DNA of 64,000 bases, taken from positions 22,940,001 through 23,004,000 of the forward strand of contig OZ076410.1 of assembly GCA_964187785.1 (NCBI GenBank), in the 5' to 3' direction. Below are positions 12,701-24,700 of the stretch, piece after piece. Position 1 is the stretch's first letter, and each line of letters starts with the position of its first letter. The translations under genes and the position numbers were made by a program. The notes below the pieces were generated by a model. The model was given only the letters and a program-made list of their open reading frames with translations, was not told where the DNA came from and ran no database searches. The stretch is from Amphiscolops sp. MND2022. Taxonomy: Eukaryota.

Positions 12701-15700
12701 AAAAATGTCAGGCCTTCAAAATCCAGTCTCAGTAATCCAACTAATCGTTTCCTGAGACGACAGGTGATAACACCTAAGTAAAACTATTGCGAATATCATA
12801 ATCGTTTTAGGTATGATTTAACTAAACGTGTTTTCGTCATGTGTGGATTAAGATTTTTACCTATTCATTTTCCATTTTTGATGTTTTACTTATTTATTGT
12901 GAATCAATGTAGAAATAGAACAGTAACGCTTGATGTTTTCGTTATATGTAATATATAATTAAAATAGGCATTGGTATAACCAAGTGTGAACATTAACTAG
13001 TTAATTGAATGTCACAAATTAGTTAATTGAATGAGACATTTTTTTTCACTTTTAGTGATTTTTCACTTTTGAACTGAAATTGATATGAAGTGCAAAGTGT
13101 CACACGGTGTTGCGTTCTCGTTTTGAATTTTCATATGTTGAGGTTTCTGTATATGGCAATGTGTTGAATTTTTTGTGTTGAGTTCTCCGTACACCGGAAA
13201 AACGAGTGAACCACGGCAACCAACCTTCTTCACCCCTGCTACTGTTGTCCTTGCCTCCTGCTCCCGTCATAGTCTTGTGCTGTTGTGCTACCCTAGCCGC
13301 TGCTTTCTGCTCTTCCTTCTCTCGCATCCTCTTCTTCTCCTTCAGGTCGTCAATCTTCCTGCGGGTGAAGTTGCTCATCTCTGTGTCCCCCGCCCCGCCC
13401 ATCCCCCCTGATTCAGGGCTGTCTCCGTTGAAGTACATGTCAATAGGGGCCGAGCTGTACTTCGCACTCTCGTACTTGTCTGAAGCATGAACAACCAATT
13501 ATGCATTTTCTTCATTTTTGGATGAAAGTTAGGGTCGTTTCATGCGTTTTCATCTATGATCATCCATGGCATCATGGCTTTTCATCCATAACATCATGGT
13601 TTTTCATCCATGATCATGGAATGATTCTCCGCTTGGCGAAACCGTGGATCACGGATGGAGAACCATGACTTGTAAAACTGGGTCAATTAAAAACAGCGAC
13701 TTTGCTTCTTTAAAACAAATGAAAATATCAACATAAGTTCATGAATTTAATTCGTACACAGAGCAATCACAAACTGTCCTATTTTCGGTATTTCGTAATT
13801 TTTGATATAAAATTGATACTCACGGGACTTCGAATATGCTTTACAAAAAAAGTTTCATAAGTCAACAAGGGAGGTCTTTGGTCAACATAACTGACACGTA
13901 GTTGAATTTAAAACGATTCAAAAACTCCAGAATAAACGGAAACCCTGGTGAACGTCTGACTCGACGTTTTTAACTAAATGTTTAAGTTTTTATCATGCAC
14001 CAGTAAACTCTTTTCAATGGTTGGAAATAACCTCAACAATTCATAATCAGAGAATGATCATTTGAGTTACAGAATAAAAGTCGCCTGATTATTGAACTAC
14101 AAAGAAGTTAAATCTAATTGCCATGACTTTGAATGCTTTTCGTGAGATTGATGAATTGAGGATTTAGTGAAGCATGTGATGATGTGGTGTTCAAATGAAA
14201 TTCATGTGACTAGATAATGAACTGCTCTCGAAGCTATACGCACCTTTGTAACTTTGAGCATTGAAACTCTTTCGTACTGCTGTGTACCTGAAAAACAATG
14301 ATTTGATATTGTACGATCACATTCAGCATTTGTTAGAAGTGTAAGTAGAAGGACAATCTACTTCGACTCTATTTTGGCGAGCCGAAGATGAATTATATAA
14401 ACATAAAATGTAATATAAGATATAATTATAAGTGCTGTTGAATAAAAAGAACAACCGTTTTCTAGGCATGAATTGGCAACAAATGACTTTCTACATGGAT
14501 AGGTTTTCACTGCTATCCGTGTAGAAATCAGAATTTATAAAAATAGCCCATTTATAATTCCTGTGCCATTTTCTTTATTTTTCTCAAAAAAATCACCTCT
14601 AATACCACTGGGTTAAAAAATGAATTCTGTATTATGGCATCAAAATACAAAAATGCAAATGAAGTGTAAAAAAGACAAGGAATTTAGAAAATGAAGAGGT
14701 TCCAAAACTATGCATATTAACATTTTAAAAAATTTTTATGCTTGCAAAAGTAAAGACCGAAGTGTCTTCCCTTTGGTTTTTTTGGCACTATGTGATTTTT
14801 TCCGACGTTTTTTCAACCGAAGTACCGCCTCTCTGATTTTTTGCTGAAACAGGGTTTTATGAACATAGAGGGCCACCTCAAGTTTTTTCGGCACAAGGCG
14901 ACTTTACCGAAGAAATTTTTTCCACGCAATTTTTTGAGTTTTTCCGTACGGAAAATCTATTTTCGAGTCCTAAGGGTAATTCTTCGATTATTTTTGGCCC
15001 TATGGAACTGATGATAGTTTTCTCAACAAATGTGGACAAAGCCTACGGTTTTTCGGGACTGTGTGACTTTTATTCGAAATATGTAGAATAAAATCAATGT
15101 TTTTGAATAATTCAACACATTTATTTTTTGAAAAAATTCTGGATTTTCTGAAGATTTTGCGCTTCTCAAGCTTTGAGCGGATGTCATTTCCCGGTTTGTT
15201 GCTTTTTTGTGTGAGAAAATTCACCTGGAAAACACAATGACCCTAATTGTCCGCAAAACCCTATTTTTCCGCAAAATCCTATTTTTCCGCAAAAAACAGT
15301 GACCTCATTTTTAAATCGCTCCAAAATGCAGTTTCATTTGAGGGTGGCTTTCTTTCTTGAGAAATCGCTAACTCTACGAAGCTAATGCAAAAACTGAAAT
15401 CTAAAATCGCTTCAAATCGCTTTGTACAAGGGCACTAACTAACGATATGGGTGAAAATTTGGGACACAAAATGCGGCTTTTATTCGAGTTCGTTTTTGCA
15501 AAAGATGAAAGAATATTTCACCAGCGTACTTAATACCCCTTAAATTGAGGTCAGTTGAAATAGATACATTAAACTGAATTCCATTTAATGTATGACCGTC
15601 AAATTCATGAATTTTGAACGAATCCATTGAAAATCCATAAACTATTTCACCGATCATCACTGATGCTAGCTGAAATTATATAATAAGCACTTGAATTCTT

Positions 15701-18700
15701 CAAAACTGTCACCCTTCACTTGGTTGAACTAAATCAAGAGGCTTCAAAAACTTCGCTCACATTTCAACTTTCTGCTGCGGTGTCTCCACTGGCAAGTTCT
15801 CCAGGTCAAGTTTTCCAACTGCTTCTACGGTCTGGTTCTGTTCACGTGACCACTGCTGCTGACCCTTTGACCTCATGGTATTGGGCGGGTTGAGACCGTT
15901 AGGGGGCAGGGTTGAAGTTGCTGTGACAGTACATGATGACCATTTCATTGATTAAAGAAACTGACACGGATTTTATATTTTCAAGAATCACAAATGATGT
16001 ATCACTATCTGCATGCTTCGATTTTAACATTTTGCTCCATCCTGATGCTAAAAACGAATGTCTATCATCGTAATTTACAATGGACAATCAAACAACAATT
16101 ACAAATTGAATTGCCTGAAAAGAAAAGCCAGTTATCCTGCGTTTTCTACCCCGCACTGTATCCTCTACGTGCAATAAGTAAATCCGACTGTCAAAAACAT
16201 GCGTTCCGAGCCATACGACAACGGATTCTCGCTCACAATCGTTCCTCCCAGCGAAACTAACTTTAAATTGAAAGCCAACTTTTCAGCCGCAACACTCGAT
16301 TGCTTTTTAAAATATATGGAAAAACAAATTACAAAACATGTTGTAAGAAAAAATAAATAACGTTGCTAGTCAAATTGCATGCTAAAAACCTGTTAAATAA
16401 CATGCCAAGCTTGATTCAAATGAATTTTAACTGTAACAATTGCAAATGATGTTTAGTAATATAAATGGTCATCGATGGTACCAGGATTGGCGTTTTGGGT
16501 TTGATTTGGGGTGTCATTGTACCCCCCACTGTTATAGGGGGAGGAGTCAGCTGTGTTTGTTCGCTTTTCTGCTTTCTTCTTAGCCGCCGAGTTCCGCACT
16601 GAGCACAATGCTTTCTGCAAACAAACGGTCTCAAATGTTTAAAAAAGACATTTGAATCTGCCTAATTCGTATCGCTGGCAACCGAATAAAATAGTAGGAA
16701 TAATGAGAAATCCGAAACAACCGGGTGATATCACCGTGGTTGTCACGAAACAGGGGGTCTCAGATGCATACGAATTAAACGAAGATCCGAATTATGCGGA
16801 GTTAACTGTACTACCCACAGAGCGACCAAGGAGCCAATTAATCATCGTGATCATTTCGTTACTCCAGGAGTCAATACCAACAAAACTCTTGAGTAAAAAC
16901 GGCAGTTTTGTGCAGTAAAAGCGTTCCAATGAACATTCAGTTAAATGCCAGCAAAAGCAATAAGATGGGACCCCAAATGCTTGCCGAGTACGGAAAGAAT
17001 TCAAATCCGACTTGAAAAACGGAGAAACCTCATATCAAGGGGATTATCTTTGAGTCGAGATATCATCAATATACATGAAAGGGCATTTGACTGCGATGAA
17101 ACGTGGATAGAACTATAAATACAGGATACAAAAAATTCTTTTTTTGTACTTTGGCTTCATGCACTGAGTCTTTTTATATTTACACAGAGGCGAAGCCGTG
17201 CTTCGCAAACACTTGGGAAGAAAGTTGCGAACATTTGAAGAGAAAACCAAATAAGCAAACGGACAACCGAGGGTTAAGGAGTCAGACTACTAATTTTTCG
17301 ACTACTTGATCAATTTGAAACAAACCGTGAACGGCACAAGTCGGCGCCCCTCTCAAGCTTCAAAAAAGTAAAGTTTTTTTAAATATGCAAAAGGACACTA
17401 TTGTTGAAATTTTATCAATTTTACAGAGCCATAAAATACCCGAAGAGATACCCACACTGGAAACAACAAAAAACCCATCTTTCTCAACCGGAAACCGTCA
17501 CCGATAAGTCGCATAGTGCCGAAAAGATTCCTTTATGCTCGCAAAACGTTCCGTTTCTGGTAAAAATCGAGGGATGAAAACAAATTAGAAAAGTCGCATA
17601 GAAAAAACAATAAAATTTTCGAAAACAAAAAATGAGAATCCTTACGTTTCCTTGCTAGGACAATCTCATAGTGCCGAAAAATCTGGAGGGAAAAATCTGA
17701 CCCTTTGGGATTTTTTTAACAACCATTCTGTTGCAAAATATTTTTAAAATGAAAAGGGAACCTTCGGGTACATTACAAAATTTCCGAAAAATAGTCTCAC
17801 AAAGCCGAAAAGAAAAAAGGGGAAATCTCAAAGTGCCGAAAAAAGGTAAAAGGGAGACCCTTTGGAATGCGTGTAAAAATATTAGCGCATACGCACGGGT
17901 CCGTACACGGAACCTCTGGGTTGAAAAGCAAGTATCCTACCACTAGTCCAAGAACACCTGAACTGTGTGACTTGCGTGCAGAAACGAGAGAGTTGTCTCG
18001 CGGAAAAAAAGCACCTGCACTTTCCCATAACACTTGTTAATCGCAAGTGTAACGATGCAAACAGGCAAACCACATGTACCGGGGACACATTCCGTGTCTT
18101 CCGAAGATTAAGGGATTGATATTTGAATTGAAAACTATTTTTTTGAGAAAAGTGAAATTGAATAATTTCTCTCGTAAACCTGATAGGAATTTCAGAAATT
18201 AGTTGATAACTACGGGACTCTCAAAAACCTCCTTGGCATGTACCGGGGACACATTCCGTGTCTTCCGAAGATTAAGGGATTGATATTTGAATTGAAAACT
18301 TTTTTTTGAGAAAAGTGAAATTGAATAATTTCTCTCGTAAACCTGATAGGAATTTCAGAAATTAGTTGATAACTACGGGACTCTCAAAAACCTCCTTGGC
18401 ATTTCTGTCGCATTTCTCTGGAACTTCTCTATTTTCAATAATATGGTTCCATTATTTGAAAACACCGCCGTATTATGAATGATCTGAACCGATGCGAAAA
18501 GCTTCCGATGGATTCAGAAGATCTCTATCAAACAAAAATGTTCGCAAAATCAAACCTCCAAAAGACGAAATCGGAGTTCTTTGAAAAGCAAAGCGAAACT
18601 CATATTCCATATCATCAGCTAATACCACTTGGAAGAAAATCTTATTATCAAGAACGTAGGGGGATACATGATCGACAACACGCATTAATCCTATTTTTTT

Positions 18701-21700
18701 TAAAAATGAAATTCAAAAATGTGGCTACTCATGTGCTATCAGGACGAAATTCTTTTCGCACTCCTGACACTCACCTCAAACTTTGTGCCTCTGTCGACTT
18801 TTTCAACTTCCATCTTTGAAATTCGGATCCTTGTTGGCACTTTAAGGAAACTATGTACCCCTATGCAGAGCACATGTCAGCCTCATTAAATACTGGAAGC
18901 TTTCTCTTTTCATCATTATGAGTTGAAAAGCGTGGCTAATACTAGGTTCCAGGGTAGCCACTTCAAAATTTCAAATTTGGGGCAGAGGCAAATTTATCTC
19001 TCAAATATTACAAAAATAACGGAAATCATGGTTAGTAAACAACATTATAGCGTGGCATCTTGAAGGTACTTGAAAACAACAGGTTAGAAGTGTGATATCT
19101 TATAAAAGCATAACATTAAGTTATTTAAATAACTTATGAAGAATATAAAACTTCATCCCTTTTTCTATTTTTGAACATTTTAGTGATCACGTCATCCGAC
19201 TGTGAATCCGCAAGAGAGTTAGCAGCTGCTGTCTCCGAGGATAATCGGCTCTTCTTCGAATGCAGCTCCTCTACACAAAGTTTGTGCTCAGAAGTGTGTT
19301 TCAGAATCGACAGATTTCAACTTTCTTAGCTCACATGCTGTGCACCTTTTGTATAATATTGAATTCGTCACAAAAAGCTGTGGCTTCAGACTCCACAAGT
19401 TGATTTGTTGCTTTCAAAACTTCGCATTCTTCTTTGTACTTAGGCGATGCGTTCTTAAGTTGCTGCAATTCTGAGGCGATACTGAAGTTTTCGAAATTCT
19501 CTTCTGAAAAAGGACTAGCATAGCCTCTGTTTCACATCCCAAATTTGTCCTGTAAGATGACTCACCGGATTTTACTGTTGAGAAACCAAACTCTACGTTC
19601 ATATTCTGCGGGAAAATCAAATGCGCTGTCTCAAATAATCACTCAACGCTCCTTTACCATGTAAGAAGTGTAGGGACACTATCGCAGCAGAAACAACTCC
19701 CAACGATGCAAAATCGTCAACTTTAAGTAGACCCGCCATGTGCACAAGGTTCCGGATAGTCTTGACCGTAAACTCAGCAAAAAAAACACAGAAGGCATCA
19801 AAAACAGCACTGGAACCAACAAATTGGACATCTGATACCTTCTTCACGGAGCCATTCAAAAACTCAATTTACCGAAAATTTTGCTTCCAATTCAATTGTT
19901 CTCAGATAAGAATTCTTTCTCAATTCCTCGTCAAAAAGAATGGTCCAGAATTCGAGGCGAAAATTATTCAAGCAATGACAAATAGTTGCACGCAGCACGC
20001 CAGCCTCCTTACTGCAACTCGCTATATTCGCCGCGGCAATGTGTGGAGTACGGCTTTTTCTATTTTTGAACATTTCAGTGATCACGTCACTCGACTGTGA
20101 ATCCGTAAGAGAGTTAGCAGCTGCTGTCTCTGAGGATAATCGGCTCTTCTTCGAATGCAGCTCCTCTACACAAAGTTTGTGCTCAGAAGTGTGTTTCAGA
20201 ATCGACAGATTTCAACTCTTTCTTAGCTCACAGGCTGTGCGCCGTTTGTATATATTGAATTCGTCACAAAAAGCTGTAGCTTCAGACTCCACAAGTTGAT
20301 TTGTTGCTTTCAGAACTTCGCATTCTTCTTTGTACTTAGGCGATGCGTTCTTAAGTTGCTGCAATTCTGAGGGGATATTGAAGTTTTCGAAATTCTCTTC
20401 TGAAAAAGGACTAGCATAGCCTCTGTTTCACATCCCAAAATTCCGAATAGTCTTGGCCGTAAACTCAGCAAGAAAACAACAGAAGGCATCAAAAACAGCA
20501 CTGGAACTGACAAATTGGACATCTGATACCTTCTTCCCGAAAGTCAAGTCCCGAAAGCGTGGTCCCCATGCAAACTTGTCACTTAACTTGTTCGTATATT
20601 TGCAATCTCCACTCATCACTACCTGAAAGCAATTAAAAATCAAGCGATAAATCCATATGTTGAGCCGATTGTAGCAAAAGAGAAAATGAAAGCTTGAATT
20701 AAATTCAAATGTTTTCTTTGACTAGCTAATCGATTGAGTGAATGAGAAGCCACATGTGAACAATTACGTATTGCAATATGATTGGTTGTTCCTTGAAGTC
20801 AAGCATGGTTAGCAACGTGGCATAGCGTGTTTAAAAAATCATACATCAAGCAATTCAAGTAATATTTAGTATAAAGTTCATTCCGATCACATTCGCGTAA
20901 ACATCCCGGCGGCCTTGGGATATCGTGACATCCCAAATTCTTTTTTCTTTCAGATACGAATGATGAACATCAGATAGGGGCCGCGTCGATGGATGTTTAA
21001 CAGTCTTGATGCAGCAGAGCAATACTTGCGGAATAGATACGAATCGTTGGGGAATCATCATGTTCTTCCTTGCAAAAGTGTCACAGAAATGCTATTGTGT
21101 CCAAACAAGCCCGCAGCCATCATCAGTCAGGTGGTACGTTACAGAGAAGAGAATGCCGGGAAAATCTCCAGGCGCGGACAATGACAGAGTTGGGTGAGGC
21201 ATTTGAGTGGACTGCTAATGAATCCACAAAGCATTACCCTAATACTCGATATATCAAGCAATGCTATCCAGTTGGGGTTCTTGCTTCAAATGAAAATTAT
21301 TGCGAATTGCTCCAACGTTGTGTTTGCCCGCCCGACAGAATGCATGATGACCAATTATACTTCAGCACTGGTTGCGCCTTCACTGGGTGGCACTTTGATG
21401 GAAGTCCAAACGCAGTGAGTGATGAGTCAGATTCAACAAGGTGAAAGTAGTGGTGGTTGGCAACGAATTGACGTGCAGGAAGAAGACATCAATCAAGGAA
21501 AACTGCTTACGCATTGCAGTGGGCACAAGAAGAGAAGGACAGGGTGCCCAATGATGTCATGTGGTATAAGCAGACTCCTGGAGTCACAGTGTACATCCCG
21601 TGGGGCTTCTCTCATCAAGTGTGGTCTTTGAATGTGACGTCCATGATATTCTTCAATTGCCTACCACCAGAGGACTTCAGCAGTACAATTGGAAGGCTCA

Positions 21701-24700
21701 GAAATTCATGTGCAAGATGGACGATGAACATTGCGGTCGCAAGGGATCGTACAGGCAAAGAGGAGAGCCCAGGGCGGGTGCTCGCCTGCCCATTCGTAAG
21801 AAGCGTTTTGGCCGCAAGTGATGGGTATGTTTGAAATCAGATTTGATTTTGGTAATTTATTGTTGTGATGTTTGATGAACTTCAATTGAAAACTAAACCA
21901 ATTGAGTTGAGTTTCTTTCGTGGCAATCCAGTCAAGTATGCAGGAATAGAAAAAATGACCCAAAGTAGTCGGCTTGAAAGAGTCTAATAAACATAATTCG
22001 ACACTGAGGTAAAACAAGATTGCCTGACAAACAGTGTTCGCCCATTAATCTTGTCTGTTATAGGGCTTCAATGATGGATGCATGCGCTTCCATAAGGTCG
22101 GTGATAAGTCATGACATAGCGTTTTTTTTCGATTTGAGCTCTGGGACGTGATAGTTGCAAGTCTAGAGCAGCTTTGCTGATTGCGATTTTCAGTTTTTAG
22201 TAGAATTCAGAAGCCTCAATTTTGAGGCAGGTCTGTTGTAGTTTCCGGCTGCCGTCCTCAATTGAACCACTTTCATGACATCATCGTTGCCTGCGAAAAT
22301 CCTTGTGATTCGTCCCCGTGGCCATACAAGTGGTGGATTGTTGTCCTTTACCTAGGATGAGATCGCCAATTCGGAATTTGGGCACATCTTTTGTCCATTT
22401 ACTTCTGTGTTGAAGATTGTTAAGGTACTCGGCTTGCCTTCGAGTCCAAAAGCTTCGTGAAAGTTGCTGCAGTAACTTCCAACGCTGCTGAGGGTTAAAT
22501 GTTATGTTCTTTGAATAAGTTGCATCTGGCCATGCAACAATAGGGGATTCAATGACGAAATGCCCACGTGACAAAACGTTCAAGTCATTCGGGTCTGAAG
22601 ACATGAGGCTAATGGGGCATGAATTGAGAGCAGTTTCCACTTGAGTGAGCACAGTGTAGAGCTCTTCGAAGGTCAAAGTTTTTGCGCAATAACGTTTTGC
22701 AACTCTTGATGCCAGCCTCCCATAGAACTCCTAAGTGCGGTGCCCTGGGTGAAATTATGGGATTCCGGACGTTTCGGCAAAAGACATTTCGGCAAAAACA
22801 TGGCGGCGGACGTTTCGGCAAAAAAAAATTTTCTTCAATTCCAGAATTCTACAAACTGGTTTTCTACAAATTTGGACCTAACCAGTTTGTAGAAAACCTA
22901 TAACAAAACCAAGATATTACGGGACGTTTCGGCATGAAAAATTTGCCGAAACGTCTCGAATTTTTTTTTTTGCCGAAACGTCCTGTTCCCGAATCATGAG
23001 CCATGCAGTGCCTTTAGGGCTGGAGAACTGAGTCAGTGAATTGAATGACTTGTCGTTGAGGATACGTGATGACTTGACGGCAGGATTGTTGCTCGAGTCC
23101 ACGTGCCCCCATTGCTCAGGGGCTATTGCCTTCTGAATGCGTGAAACTCGATTGCCAACGAAGGTTGGCCAATTCGATGAAAAATTCGCTAACCAAGACA
23201 AAACAATTGTGGAATCTGTCCAACCAAGGATGGAATAAATTTCAACATCCATTTTCTCCAGTGCGTATTTCCAGGTAGTCAGTAGCTTACCACCCAGATC
23301 AGCAGCACACAATTCTGACCGCGGCAGGCTGTTTTGATTTGTGCAACCTTGGATTTCGCCGAAAGGAGCTGAACTCGGGCGGTGCCAAGATCGACTTGAA
23401 TTCGTGAATAGACTACTGAAGCATAAGCACATTCCGACGCGTCGCAAAAAACATGAAGCTCGATAGCGCAGATTTTTCCGGGAGGTAGCACACAACAGTT
23501 CAGTTTTATTCGAGCCAGATCACTAAAGGTGTCTTTCGAACTGGGCCATTTCGTAGCAATTGAATCTCCGACGGCCTCATCCCAACCAACTCCAGCCAGC
23601 CATGTCTGCTGGATTAGCAAATTGAATTTGATTATAAGGATCATAAAGTTCGGCGATATCTGACAACAATTGACGGTTTGTTGGGTTGTCGACTTCAAAT
23701 TCACGTGTAGTGAAGCAAAAGTAATCGTGGAGAGAAATCCATTTTATTCCTAGAACCTTAATACTATGATCCCTATCTTAAAAAATATAAGCTGAGGGTG
23801 CTTCTTGCAATGTTTCAGGCAACCTTTGCATGAATTCAAAACTGCTCGATGACCATTTGCGAATATTGAATCCAGCCCTTTTGAGCTGTGTAGTAATTGG
23901 TTTGGAGCTAAACAGCATCATCAAGACTAGATGCTCCTGTCAGTAAGTCGTCTACGGCAAATTCGCGCAGAACAACTGCCGTCATTTGAGAATCATACTC
24001 GACACGAGCTGCCTCCTGAAGTGTCCGAATGGATTGATGCGCTGAAGATAAGACCCCGTAGGTCACACGTGTCACTCTGTATGTTTTGAGTGATTCGGAT
24101 TTTCGTTCCCGCCACAAAATGCGGTGGAAGTCCTTGTCAGGTGCATTCAGAGCAATTTTTCGGTACATTTTTTCTACGTCTGCTGTAAGACCGATGCGAT
24201 GAAACCGAAATGGGAGTAGTAATTCGAAAAGATCATCTTGAAGTCGAGGACATGTAAGCAGAACATCGTTGAGAGATATGCCTGAAGTGGTGACAGCGGA
24301 TGCGTCGAAGACCACACGCAATTTTGTAGTTGAGCTGGCTTCCTTTTCAATGCAATGGTGTGGCAAGTAGAACATCTCGTTGTCTGGTTTTTCGATCTCA
24401 TCCACGGGCACGATCAGTAAATGATCAAGATCAATGAATTCATTTATGAACTTGGAGTATCGATCTTTGAGTGCGATTTGCTTCTCCAGACGCCTCTCAA
24501 GAGACAAGTAACGCCGTTGGGCCAGCTTAAAACTATCACAGAGTGGCTTAGCTTCAGGATTGAAGGGAATAGACACTGAGAATCTGCCATCAGCACACCG
24601 CCTTGAAGATTTGCTCACACTGCTCTTCCTGCGGTGTTAGGAATCGTTGCTTCGGGATTTTCTCGATTTCCCAAAAGCTCGTCAGTGGATCATTAGTTGA

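Noticed and set aside
13175-13490. Plus-strand hydrophobic ORFs (also 38607-38999, 41589-41876, 45602-45811)
   Set aside because: These are antisense shadows of TOGARAM1 exons.
20993-21834. env gene in the usual BEL position
   Set aside because: Wrong strand, no signal peptide or transmembrane segment, and the JmjC motifs explain the sequence better.
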